A stretch of DNA of 64,000 nucleotides, taken from contig MNCI01000167.1 in assembly GCA_015680685.1 (NCBI GenBank), positions 64,346-128,345 of the forward strand. The letters are read 5' to 3'. The DNA comes from Gnetum montanum (Eukaryota > Plantae > Gnetophyta). Positions within the stretch are counted from its first letter, which is position 1, and each line of letters starts with the position of its first letter. The notes beneath the pieces are model-generated. The model was not told the origin of the DNA, searched no databases, and was given only the letters and a program-made list of their open reading frames with translations. The position numbers and the translations under genes were made by a program. This document shows, piece after piece, positions 37,133 through 50,029 of this stretch.

Positions 37133-38198
37133 AGAGGGAGGGGTAAGGTGATCCAAGAAATTCTTCAAAGGATGGATATTCCAAACCTTTCAAGGATGAA
37201 AAGGGATCCATGGAAAAGAATGCCAAAGAAGATATCCAAGAAAAGCTAAAAGAGGGTTTCATCAAGTTTTCCAAGAAGGATTCCTTCAAGGGGAAAGGTG
37301 TTGGTAAGATCTAATGCTTCAATTATGGAGAAATGGACCATAAGTAATGGAAATGTAAGAAGCCAATAGCCTCTAAATAGAAGAAACTTTAAACCATAGA
37401 GAAGAACTCTTTAGCCTCTACAGCTAAGATAACCCTAATGAACCCATGATTGAAGATATCACTCAAGTTAATTCTTGGACTTTCATGGGAAATGTTAATA
37501 TAGAGGATTGTAATAGGAAAATCCATTTTAGAAATGGGGCTAGATGTTTGTCTAGTGGAGAATGGATTCATATTCTCATTGATGATGAAGCTCAAGAAAA
37601 CGTGATCTCTACTAAGATTGTTTAAAGACTAGTTTTGTTTAAATTTTCTCACCCAAAACCCTATATTTTTTTTTTGGCTTTTCAAAGATCATTACCAAGA
37701 AGTAAGAGAAACGCATTGTCTTTTAGGATTAGTTCTTATCGTGACAAGGTATCTTATGATATTCTTTTAATTGATTGTGCTGATCTAATTCTTGATAGAC
37801 CTTGGAACTTTGACAACGAGGCTACTTTTGATGAAGGCAAAATTTTTTTGTTTGTGCCTAGGGTAGATGATATTCACAAATTGATTCCCATGTATTTACA
37901 ATAGTTTAATAAAAATGTTTTTACCAATGCCTCTTTGATTTTGTTAAGTGAAAACAAGTATGTTTAAGCTCATATACAAGTTGGGCATGGTTTCATGATT
38001 GTGTTAGTAATTGCAACATGTGAAAAGGAACAAGCAAGTGAACTTATGGCATTAGGGAAATCCTTGTCATTAGAGTTTGCTAATATGTGCAAGGGTACAT
38101 TGGAAGGGATCCCTCTTATGAGGTTTATTCAACATCAAACTGACTTCATACTAGAGACAACTATACCAAATGAGAGAGCTTATCAAATGACTTCACAT

Positions 38199-40069
38199 TA
38201 AAATATCACCAATTTTGGGCTCTTGCAGTTCAATGGCAGATTTGTCGAAGTGTCCAAACTTGGGCAAAATTTTTCTTAGTGTCATGTTGGGAAGCGTAGA
38301 TAGCGTAGCACACTGGAGCTCTCGATTTTTGCAAAATTTTTCTAAGTTTGCCTGCTATGCTTCCAAACACAGCTAGTGTAGCACACACTTCCATGACTAG
38401 TCTACACAAATGTCAAGCCAGAAGTGATCAAGGGTTGGTTAGGATGGACCAAATAGTTTGACAAATTTTCTATCTCCTAGATTTTCAAGCTTGCTATGCT
38501 CTCTAGCTTGCCCAGCTTGACACATGTCCTGGTTGCTAGTTCACCTAAGGACCAGGCTAGAGTCTATCAAAAGTGCTTAGGATGGACAAAACAGTTTGGC
38601 AAATTTTCTATCTTTCAAGCTATCACGCTTTGCTATGCTACACAGCCTAGCTAGCTTAAAAAGTTTTAGGGCCAAATTTTGTCTAAGTGTTGAACAAGGA
38701 TTTGTCAAGCTATCTAGACATGGAAGATGCATTTGGCAATTTTTTGACTTCCAAGGCTGTTTGTCTTGCTACACCCTAGAGTGTGGTCAACATGCCATGA
38801 AGAAACATTGCAAATTTTTGGCAAAATTCATCAAAGTACTAGTGCTATGCTTTGCTACATTGCGCAACATAGATAGCATGACAGGCGTGGCAAGTCAAAA
38901 TCTATAAAAATTTTACTAAGTGCTCATGCTATGCTCTGTCATGTTGTGTAGCGTAGACAACATGACACATGGAAAATGCTTCTGAATGCCTCTAGAAGCT
39001 CCTAGAACTTGGCATCAACCTTCATTTAAGCTCCGATGTCCCTTTGGAAGCCAAGATTAGTAGTTTGCCTTGCTTTTGCACCCCCCATTAATTCCTAGAA
39101 TTGTCCCTATGCTTGACCCTACTTGGAGGAGGGGGAAGATGTAGTCTCAGAGTGTAGACTCCAAGTTACATTTATTTTGACATTGTTTGTAGGTACATGG
39201 TAGTCTCCCAGACTCTAGCACATGCATTTTGGGCGGTATGGTCACAGTTTGGTAGTTTTTGAGTTCCTGTTCTTGTCTTGCAGAGTGTAACACTTAGAGC
39301 TTGCCATTTTGAGCATAACATGTCAACATGACTCATCCATGCCCATGCTACGTGGGACCCAGGTCATGTGGCACCCAGTTTGCATCTCACATTAACCCTA
39401 GCCCTATAAATACCTTGATGATTAGCACTTTAGAGGTTGGAAAATCATTTTGAGCATTAAGCATTAGAGCAATTCTAGCATCTTCACTACTCCCGCATCT
39501 AAGAACCTGATCTTGACATCTTGGCAAGTACCGTGACATCGTCTCCCTTGCACTCGCACATCGTGATGACCACCAACCCAACAGGTTCAACCTCCTTTGC
39601 AGCTACTAGCACTGTGCTTGTGACATCCTAGAGATTATGATTGCATTGCTACGCTACTGCTGTAACTATCTGAATGCTGCGTACCAACTTCAAACATTAT
39701 TTAATCAAAAGTTGCGCTCGATCTTTGGGCAGTGCATTTCTCCACCTTCAAAATTTGGTTCTATATTCTCAACATTTGTTTCAAAATTTTTAGCATTACT
39801 CTTGCACTTTCTTCTACTATTGATACACATTTGCATATTCATGTTACGTTATGTTCTTGCTTGTTGTCCCGGCTCCCGAATGAAGCTCACTAAAAACTCT
39901 TTTTACAAACGGTTATTGTTACACCACATAAGTCCTTGTTTGATTGACCAGACTATTTAGGGCATCTCATTTCTATTTCCCCCAACATAGTCCTTGCATA
40001 GATTTTGGGTTAGGCTATATGCCTATGGATCTCTTGGTGTTCTAGCCATCGATGTTTTCGGATGTCACA
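38199..40069 (+). repeat. Ogre/Tat 5' LTR
   Basis: Colinear with 55453-57328; ends ggatgtcaca; TATA-like ctataaata at ~39404. Confidence 0.93.
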
Positions 40070-40074
40070 GTTTT

Positions 40075-40091
40075 TGGTGCTAGAAGGAGGG
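40075..40091 (+). promoter_or_regulatory. Primer binding site, probably tRNA-Asn
   Basis: tggtgctagaaggaggg just after the LTR end. Matches, with one C>T, the complement of the plant tRNA-Asn 3' end as recalled (..CCCUCCUUCUAGCGCCA). Confidence 0.75.
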
Positions 40092-40559
40092 CCTCCTATT
40101 CCTTCTAGGTGCAAAGGGTAGTCCCACATGCTTTCTACACCTCCGTCACTAGCAGCAAGCTAGCATAGATGTAACACCCTTGTTGACCTACCATGATAGT
40201 AGCTGGATCATAGGCTAGTGTAGGAGTTGTCTACATTCTAGTTGGTGCAAATTGGTCTTAGTTAACGGTTCCTCTAGAACCCCATAGGATGGAAATCCCA
40301 AATTGTGTTCATTGCATCAAGCTCTAAGTCTGCTATAGAGCATGATAACCCAATGAGCATAACAGTCCCTTAGAGCATGACAAGTGTAATAGTAGAGATA
40401 ATTATTTTTTTAGCATTTCCAGACTTAGCCATTTTTGGCCTATTTTCTTTACAGTATTCACACTTAACTATTTTATTTTAAAATTTTTTTACACTTTGGC
40501 TCACCCCATCCAATACATGGTAGACATCAAGCAACCACCTAGCCCAGTGTGACCACAAC

Positions 40560-43500
40560 AATAGTCTCTTAGACTATGACACCAATTGCTTGAATACATG
40601 ACACTTGATGATGGAAGGTATAACTTTTTATGCACAAAGATTCAAGTAGGCCTACCATTGGACCGCCAAGAAATGGAAGAAAAGTGTAGTTTCAAAATTA
40701 TCCATCGAAATGGAAGGGAGTTCCTTCCCACCCCTGGCATGGTTATATTATTCACTAAAGCTTTCAAATGGATTTTGGACCAACATGTTAGGATGAGTGG
40801 GCCAAAAGAGCAGGATTTGACATCCAACTATGATGAACCCCTACAAGATGGGCAAGAGGAGTTTGAATGCCATTTTGATGGTGGCGTCCCACTCTATGTC
40901 TTAGCCTCAAATTCTACCTCTATATTCCTACCACACCAGTCACAGTCTTTTACCTTCTTTGAGGCAACTGTGATGCTTTTGCAACCTAAAAAATATGCCG
41001 GTGGTAGCTAGCCACTAGGTCTTGTCTACGCAACAAAATGTAGGACCTTTTGTCCCTTTTCCCTTTTTCATTTCCTTGTAGTCTGTTCAGCATTCATAGC
41101 TAGTGTCTATGATGCCAACGCTACCCTATGTGCAAACCATGTTCATATCGCAGCCACACACAAGTCACATTTCCATCACTTTAGCCATATTAGTCCCACC
41201 ACCAACAATAGCTCCAACCTGAAATGCGTTGTGGGTAGCAACACCTTTACCCACTGTTCAATTGTCCCTTGTGCCATAGGAGATCCAATAGTCTACATAC
41301 CAAGTGTCACATGTGGTGGCACAACCCACTACAAGGTTGTGGACCACTTGGAAGACACCACCAACGACACAGCTGATGCAACCGTCTGCAACATCCCCAA
41401 GTTTGCTCCAAGAATTCTAACTTATCCAAACTCTCATAGAAGAGCTCAGGTGGCTTAGAGTAGCCAACTCAGAGATAGTCCATGTAATGGACTTCTATCA
41501 GGATGATCCCATTAGCCCTACAGTCCCTTCATTGACACTAACTCCTGGGGTCCAGCTTCCCTAGTTCATGAAATATAACGGTGAGGGTGACCCAAACACT
41601 CAGTTGGTCACTTTCTGTTGTGAGTGCTTACTATTGCAAGCATGGTCACACGTGATTATCTGTGTCTTTTCCATGTCTCTGACTGGCAAAGCTTTAGATT
41701 GGTATCACATGCTTCCTTGAGCATCCATTTCAACTTTGGAGGAGTTGTTGAGCCAATTCATAACCTGCTTCAAGTACAACTTGAAGTCAAAAGCCACGCT
41801 AGACCAACTCATGAACGTTAAACAAGGAGCATTGGAGCTAGTGCAAAAATTCACACAACATTGGAGCACCTCCCTAAACGAGATTCATGAGCCAATTACT
41901 AAAACCCACCTACTTGCCATTTTTAAGAGCGTAGTAAATGATTTCATTAAATTGAAGCTATACTATTTAGCCCTATGTTCCCTTAGCCAAGATTTTGCTT
42001 AAAAAAAGAGCATACAGGATGCGATGGAGGCCAGAAAGGACTCAGCTTACATAGCCTACAAGAATGTGCATGCAAAGAGAGACAAGGAAAAAGAGAAAGC
42101 CATGACAACCGCCGTGGTGGCTGTGGCTGATGAAGCTAAGTCCAACAACAATAAGTAAGCGGCTAAGGCACCTAAGGCCTTGGCCAACAACAACAAAACA
42201 TCAGGTTCTGGCAATGTAGGAACCAACTAACCTGCATGATCAGCGATTGTGGGGAAAGCTCCCCTAAGGCCAAACTTTGAGCACAAGGATCACTCAAAAT
42301 ACACCCCTTTGCTAATCAAGCCATCAAAGATTTTGGATCAATTGCTTAGTGCTTGGCGCATTTAGCACAAGCAAATGTCGGAGGATGCATGAAAGCATCA
42401 CAAGAGGTATTACAAGGTAGTTCGAAACCCTTCTGTGGCTATGCTTAATGAGCCTTTGGTACCCAAATATTCTAGACTGGACAGGTTCTACAACTATCAT
42501 TAGTTGCATGGCCATGACATAGATTATTGCCTAGTGTTGAAGGATGATATCCAATGCATTATCGATCAAGGCAACTTGGTCCTTGATGAAAGTAATTTTA
42601 TTTGGCCGAAGAACTAGTGCATGAAAGTCTATGAGGATAAAATGCTAGCGATGTAGGATATATCATTAATGCTATCAACATTGATAATGATGTAGAGCCA
42701 ACACATGAACCATTTGTGATCTGTGTGCCCTCCAGTGACATTGAGGCCTCAACGTCAACTAGGCCACAGGCCTGCTTCATCATCAAGGCACCACCATAGG
42801 AACCCATGACACCCTTTGTGGTTAGGTCCCTATAGCACATTATGGAAACAACAACCCAGAAACTTTTTGTCATAAGGATGCCAAAATGTGTGGATCCCCC
42901 ATCTACCTAGGTTCGATGGTGTGGACTGCATCGTGACCTGCTTACTTGAAGAGACGTGATGAGCATTTGGCTGACAAGATGGTTAGGGAATGCATAGAAC
43001 TAGGTCCTGCCAAACCTACCCCGTTGTCGACCATTCCCATGGCCTCATCATCTAAGGCCACCAACATAGACAAGCACACACAACAAGCAACCACTGCGGC
43101 TCAAAGGCTCATTGCCCAACCAAAAGTGAAGTCTTCTCCTCGAGAAATTTATCTCTTAGGGTGCATGGAAGAGATGAAAACCACCAAAAAAGTTGATGAT
43201 GGAAAATATTTTCTAGATGCACTCACATAGGTCAAACAGGCACTAAAATAGAAAAATATAACATTGAGCCTATATGACTTAATTATGATTTCTCCTACTC
43301 ACCGTGAAGCCTTAGTTTGCATGTTGGCATCCATTCCTATTAAGAAAGACAAGCTAGTAGAGGAAACGGCTATTCACGCTATAATGCTCCTGCCTGTAAC
43401 TGAGGAACCAAGGTCAACACTCTTAACCTTTCATGATGAAGCAATCAAAGCTAACCCTAAAAAGGATCAAGTAACCACTGCACCCATGTTTATAATGATT

Positions 43501-44131
43501 CATGTGGATCAGTACAAGATACGAAGAGTGCACATAGATGATGGGGCAACAAACAACATTATCTTATTTCTCATCATGGATAAGCTTGACCTAGTGGATC
43601 AAATTAGGCCAACAAAAATGACCTGTTTAAAATCCTTCAACAGAGCATGCATGGTTTTCAAGGGGATAGTGATAATTGATTTTGTGGTAGGGAAGAAATT
43701 TCCCACTAACACAAAATTTATAGTGGTTGAAGAGATGCCTAGATTCAACCTGATTTTAGGGAGATCCTGGTTAGTCCAACTAAGGGATATTTCTTCACCA
43801 ATCCACCAAGAGATCCACTTACCTTATGAGGGTGGGGAAATGGTGATCTTCAATGACAACATAGCCCCTCAGACCATCAACAATGTGGACACTGAGCAAG
43901 GGTTGGAGGTAGAAATCTCCAAAGACACACCACCTGTTTACAACGAAAGTTGCTATTGTTTAGCCAATGAAAAGCAACCAAACAAGACAAATGAACTCCA
44001 TAAGGAAGCTCTATGAGCAGAATTGACCTTTTCTATGGCAGATGATAGCCTAGGGGAGTATCGTTTAGTGCCCTCCAGGCCTTATGCACTGCCTAACCCA
44101 CATTCAGTTAGGAAACATCTACACGATTAGG
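40560..44131 (+). pseudogene. Ogre/Tat gag-protease
   Basis: Gag KYNGEGDP..ALDWY..L..QF...F; Ogre-type knuckle YH..HGHDIDYC.VLKDDIQ.IIDQG (~42490-42570); protease ORF 43264-44016 RRVHIDDGATNNII..FNLILGRSWL. Confidence 0.88.
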
Positions 44132-44597
44132 GCATGTCACTAACTTGCTTGCCTGCCTAACTTTTCTCTAGCCCCTTTTGCCTATATAGTTTCAGTTTGC
44201 ATTATGTTTGCTTCTTGCATCTAGTTATGATTTCATTTAGCTTTCTGCTTAAAAAAATGTGATCTAAAATGACCTTAAACTATTACACAGTCTGAGTGGC
44301 CCGAAATAACCTTAAACTAGTCTATGGCCCAAAATGGCCTTAAACTAGCATGGGGCCCCAAATGGCTTTAAACTAGCATGGGGCCCATAAGGGACCTAAT
44401 TATATCAACAAAAATCTAAGTGAGATCAATTGAACTACAAGTTAAAATGATAGCACTAAAGATAAATAAATATCATACTTTTCATGAAATCATAAACAAA
44501 ATACATAGTCTAGGATTACATCCACATCAAAATATACAAAACTACCCAATAATGGAGTTACATCTTAAACAGTTTCATTTGTATTAATGATAGGAAG

Positions 44598-47500
44598 CTA
44601 AGGATCTTCCCATCCATCTTTATTTGTTGCTCTACTGGGTCCTACACCTTCACCTGGAGCTTACGCAAAATAAAAAAATGAAATAATAAACTATTTAATA
44701 AATGGGATAACATGCAAAATCATATAGATAACAATAAGGTAAGTTAAACTAACCTGAGATGGGCTCACGTCCATATCTGGGGGCATCTTGTTGAGGCCAG
44801 ACTCTAGGCGTTAGAGGATCTCCTCCTCTGACATGTGTGTCCAATCCTCCTCTCCCAAATCAATGCTTGTGAGGGTCTACCCTTTCTCCATGGTTGTTCA
44901 TTTTGGCGACCCTATAGAAAATGAGGTAGATGTGACCTCTCTAGAAGGAATAGCGATCTCCCTCTCTGGGAACTCACTAACCACTAGATGATTTGTGAAC
45001 ATTTTGTAAGCTTGCATCACACCAATGACATCAAGGAATATGTTGTGACATTGGCACTCCATAGACTCATCCCTATATTTCTTACAATAGGCTACACATT
45101 CCATCTTGTAATGATACTTGTGGTTTTTATGAGTATGTTCCCATTCATATACTTTAGCACTGTAGTCCTTCCCATCTTGGTTCTTCTGAGCCAAGAGGTC
45201 CATCTGCAAGTGCTATTTAATGACCTTATGAGTAGCCTCATTCTTGCCCAGATGGTTGACCAGTACCTAGTGTAGTCAATTTTGGCCATATGCCAGTTGC
45301 CATTTGATTTGTCGCGGGTCACCAAGAAGTTGTATCACGATTGCAAATCTTCTAGTTGGATTGCCTGGTTTGCCTTCTATTTCCAGAGCTCTTGCACTTT
45401 TTCTAGAGCTCCTCGCTCATGTGCCTACACTCCCACAATGATCATGCAGAGTGTAGTGTGCATTTGCTTGCCTCGTCATATATATGATGAGGCACCTGCT
45501 CCACCTCAAGAGGAAACTCAAGTATAGCATTAACCTAGACCGCTCTTCTCAAGTCCCACTTGAGTCATGAGCTTGTTATCCCAAGTAGTGAAACATTAAT
45601 CAAAACAAAAAAAAAAAAAGAAAGAGGAAAAAGGAGGTAGTGATAGTAAGATAAACATACCTATCTTAGGATCTATCTATTTAAGGTAATCGATCATGTC
45701 ATCCACTACACCTTGCATGAAGGCAAATTTGTCTAGAGTTTCCACCCACGATCGTGAGCGGAAAGTGGATGTAGATTCAAGACTCTTAGTAGAAGCATCA
45801 CCCAATATAATATAAGGCATTTCATGGCCATAAAAAAAACACAAAAATATAAAAATGATAAAAAAGAAGAGAGAGAAGAGGGAGAGGAAGAGCATAATGA
45901 AGATGGCGGTGCAAAGCTCTTACCCAGCAAACCCTTAGGGGTGAGATTAGGGGGATTGCCCATTTACATGCCTTCAAACAAGTGATCAAACTCATTATCC
46001 TCTAATTGAAACCCCTCTTCTTTGAGTTGCCTCAAAACTTTAGCAGCATCCTCATCTGTCATGTGTCCCTTAGGTTGAGAAACATCCTCTTCTAAAGGCT
46101 CCTCCTCTGTAGTAGGGGCCCTCTTACCTATGTTGCAAAAATCTAAGTTAGAACATTTAATAAAAGAAAAAAAATGTAATAATAATTATATATAAAAATG
46201 AAATACACTAAATAATGTATACTTGTTGGCTAACTCTAATCGTGCATTGTGAAGTCTGAAGTGCAGCTTCTTTCCTCTTTAACTTCGCGTGCGAGCTCCT
46301 CTATAGGACGGGGCATCTTGATTTACATTATTGGCTTCACCATCTCAATGATGAGTCATCCCTCCTTTGCAACGTTACCTGTGTTAGTGGGTGGAGCCTC
46401 TCCAACACTATCACACACACGGTAGGATGGCCCCGTGTGGCCCTTGGTGGTCACTGACAATGACTCATCAATAGCCTCTATGGGGTCCAGTGATCATGTA
46501 ATATGGAACAAATGGCAGATTCATGGATTGGATATCTAGGTGCGATCTTGCACCATCCATAGCCCATTCTCATGGACCACCAAGAATTCCACAAATCTTC
46601 ATAGGCATGCTATGAAGAATACAAAATGCACATGGGATCATGCCTCAAGGTTGTCGCAAAGTTTGACAATTTCAGCTTGTAGGCCATCGACAACATATTT
46701 GGCCTAGTTATATTGTGTCCCTTTCTTTATCACATCCCTCATAACCCAAGAATGCTCCACCCTAAGGACCTTTCCTTAAGAAAGTAGCTTAGGAAATGCA
46801 CAAGCTTGGAAGATAGGATAGAGGTCTTGGGCTACCAACAATTTCACTTGCTTCATGGGTATACCATTGCAGCCTTTCTCAGTACCCAACCACTCTTCAA
46901 TGTTCCCTTTGTGATTTAGCTCCTTCTTGGTTTTCTCACCTATTGGCATACCTTTAGAGGGGATGCCAAAAAGATAAAAAAAGTTCATTCGTGATCTCAA
47001 AGGCCATCTGCATGTTGTGAACTGGTGTGTGGAAATGGTCAGCCCTCTCAAAGGAAGAGTTGACTAGGGCAGTCATCTCCATTATCAAGATTTTTGGGTT
47101 CACAGCCAAGAAAAGGTCCATGAGCCTAGCTCGCTGAAGATTTTGGATTACTCTTACTAGGGCCTTGTTGCAAAACTAGTGCTACAAGCTATCAACTTCA
47201 CCATATTTGAAAAGAAGATTGGCCTTAGTGCATCTTGAGACAACCACTATGACCTTCCTAGAATTAGCTATGATTGCAATAAACAAAAGTAGAATTAGTG
47301 ACATGATGGAAATATAAAATTAAAAGTGCATGAAAGCAAATGGGTGATAAAACTTACATGGCTCAAACAATGTGTGGAACAATGGTAGTTGGACCAAAAC
47401 CTTTTCTACACTTGGTATCTAGGATGCCCACTCAATGTTCAACTAGCTGAGATCCCAACACTTCACATAGGATTTGGAGTACCTACTAGGATAATTCGTC

Positions 47501-48300
47501 ATATTCACCCCAATTTGCCCTATAACACTAGCACACATTTTATCAATGGATGAGAACTCTTATAGGGCTATTTGGACTAGGGCTAATATCCCCTCTCCAT
47601 TGTGGAGGCTGTTTGCATCAAAAAAATATTTGGTAATAGGCAAAAAAGGTAGTAAGCATTCTAAGTCATGAGACAATAGGTAGTGTAAAAAAAATCACAA
47701 TAGGGCTCACCATCTAGCAAAATAAACCATCCCAAGTGGATTTTGGAAGGTCCTGTGCACATGATGGGCAAGGAATACAATGTTGTATTTATGGTAGCAT
47801 TGGAACTTGGGCATCTCCTAGATCCAAGACAAGAGCTTAAGGCCTTTTGGGCACTGGGTCAAGCTCCTTGCCCTTTCACCTTTAGAAGATTCATCTAACA
47901 TGAATTTCAAGATGCCTTGGTTTGCCCCAGGCAACAATGTCTTGACTATGATGCCTGCTGCTTTAGTTGACAAGTGTGATTATATGATCACATTGAAGTG
48001 GCAAAGTAGGAATTCTAAGAATTCTTGTGCACCCTCTCAAAACTAGACCACCTGGTGTCCTATGTGGGCATGTGGTGTGGAAACATTTGACATGGGATCA
48101 TTCATACAACATAGGATCCCCACCAATTCGACCACGATGAGAGTAGGTTTCAGCAAGATCCTACAATGCCACAGTAATGAAAGCATTAGTATTGGAAAAA
48201 GGTAATAAAAACAATAAAAAGTAGCAAACAAAAAATGCATAAAATAAGATAAAAGGAAAACATAATTTATTACATGTAACATGCTTTTCTACAAGCCCCA
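44598..48300 (-). pseudogene. Antisense multi-intron accessory gene inside the PR-RT spacer (PMD/Transposase_32-like part plus helical/coiled region)
   Basis: Minus-strand GT-AG, T-rich ~90-100 nt introns at 47710-47609, 47357-~47268, 46222-46128, 45660-45572 and 44753-44660. Exon peptides include FEITNELF..FGIPSKG..I and KGTQYN*AKYVVDGL. Confidence 0.65.
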
Positions 48301-48759
48301 TAGGGAAGGGATGTTGGCATGAGCATCTAACATGCCTGGTTCCAAATGGGGCACAACACTAACACTTACATTATTTTTCCAAATGTTAGAATATTAGAGA
48401 AAATATTAAAAAATTTTCTAACTGTTGTTCATGCTTCCTGTAGAGCAAGACACTTTTCAACTAGAATTTTTTCTAAGTGTTTGTCACAGTCCTATTGTGG
48501 AACAATTGGCAAAAAATTTAAATTTTTTTTTAAGTGTTGGCCATGCTGCCAAGGAGTGTGACAACTGTAGAGTTACTAGCAAAAAGTTGCAAAAATTTTT
48601 CAAGTGTTGGTCATGCTCCTAGGGAGTGTGCAAATTACAGAAGATGTAAAATTTTCTAAGTGATGAACATGGTAGTGCCAATATTTTAGTTCTTATCACT
48701 CTCTTAGGGATGCCTAGAGCTTGATGGACATGATCCTTGATTAGCTTGGCTGAGTCTTG

Positions 48760-49050
48760 TCCCATGATGCAGGACACCAAAAATCCTTGTCTTGTGCCAT
48801 GGTGTGGGATGCTTGTGAAACCCCTATCCTATCTTGTGGTGTGGGACATCGTAGAAAACCTTGTCCCGTCCTATGACGCAGGACATGTAGAAAATCCTTA
48901 TTCCACAGCATGGAATGCAGAGTGCCCAAACCCTCAGAACATGCTACACTCGTGATACATGTAAAACCCCTATTCCATCCCATGGCGTGGGATGCTACAG
49001 AAAACCTCATTCCATCCCATGGCGCTGGACACGTAGAAAACCTTGTTGAA
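48760..49050. repeat. Degenerate ~37-bp tandem array (aaaaccYYRtYccRtcccatggYgtgggaY..gtag)
   Basis: About 7 units visible, e.g. aaaacccctattccatcccatggcgtgggatgctacag and aaaacctcattccatcccatggcgctggacacgtag. Confidence 0.8.
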
Positions 49051-50029
49051 ACCCTTACCTAGTGTTGTGGCATAGGATGCCTACAAACCCTCAACGCCAA
49101 AATAAAAAATGGGGCGAAAGAAAGAGAAAATGTGCATTACACGCACTTCCTCCCTAGCAGCAGCATAGTGGCCACGATGGCAGTAGTGGTAGTGGTCCTT
49201 GCCCATGGCAGGCCGCCTTCCAAACATCCAAAAGCCAAAAGGCCCAAAAATAGGTAGGAAGTAGGAAGAAACAAAAATCATGAGTGGAGCATGACAACCT
49301 ACTTGGTAGATGACATCTCTTGGTATTCCTCAATGCATGCCCTGGGAAGACATCACAAGGTGTGCTCGCCTTCATCAATGTTGGTAAGGCTAGGGTATCT
49401 ATGTTCACTTTTACATGCCATCTTTAGTTGCTATGCTCTAGCTTTCCTATTTTCATGAGCTAACTTCCCTTTGTGGCTGCTACACTTTGCCTTGGTTGTG
49501 CTATGCTCGAATGATTGTTGGCTCTAATGGTGAAAATGATAGGTTTACCATGGGTGAAGCCTTTATTTATACCCTTCAGGATCAAATGACACGTCATCCT
49601 TCCAGGACATCCCATGTCTTGCATGTAATGTGGGATGCTCCATATCCCACATGTAATGTGGAACGTCCCATATCCTGTGTAGCATAACACTCAGAGTTAG
49701 AAAAATTTTCTAACTTTTTTAGCTTCCTACACTTAGAAATTTTTTTACATTTTTTTTGCTTACTCAATAAACGTTCAGTTTGGTCCCACGTTTTAAACCT
49801 TTCGAGCTTTGCTTAGACTTACATCCCACGCATAGTCTATGGACTGCTATGACCTTAAACTAGTAATTTTATGGCCAATCGAAGCTATAGAAAAGAAAAA
49901 AATATATATAGACAAATCATCTTACATACTGCATAGTTAATCAAGTTTTTATATCATTACCCTCCTTATTCTATGCATTTTTCTTTATTAAAATAGGTGT
50001 TGCTTGACATTTTTTTGGTTATTTTGCAG

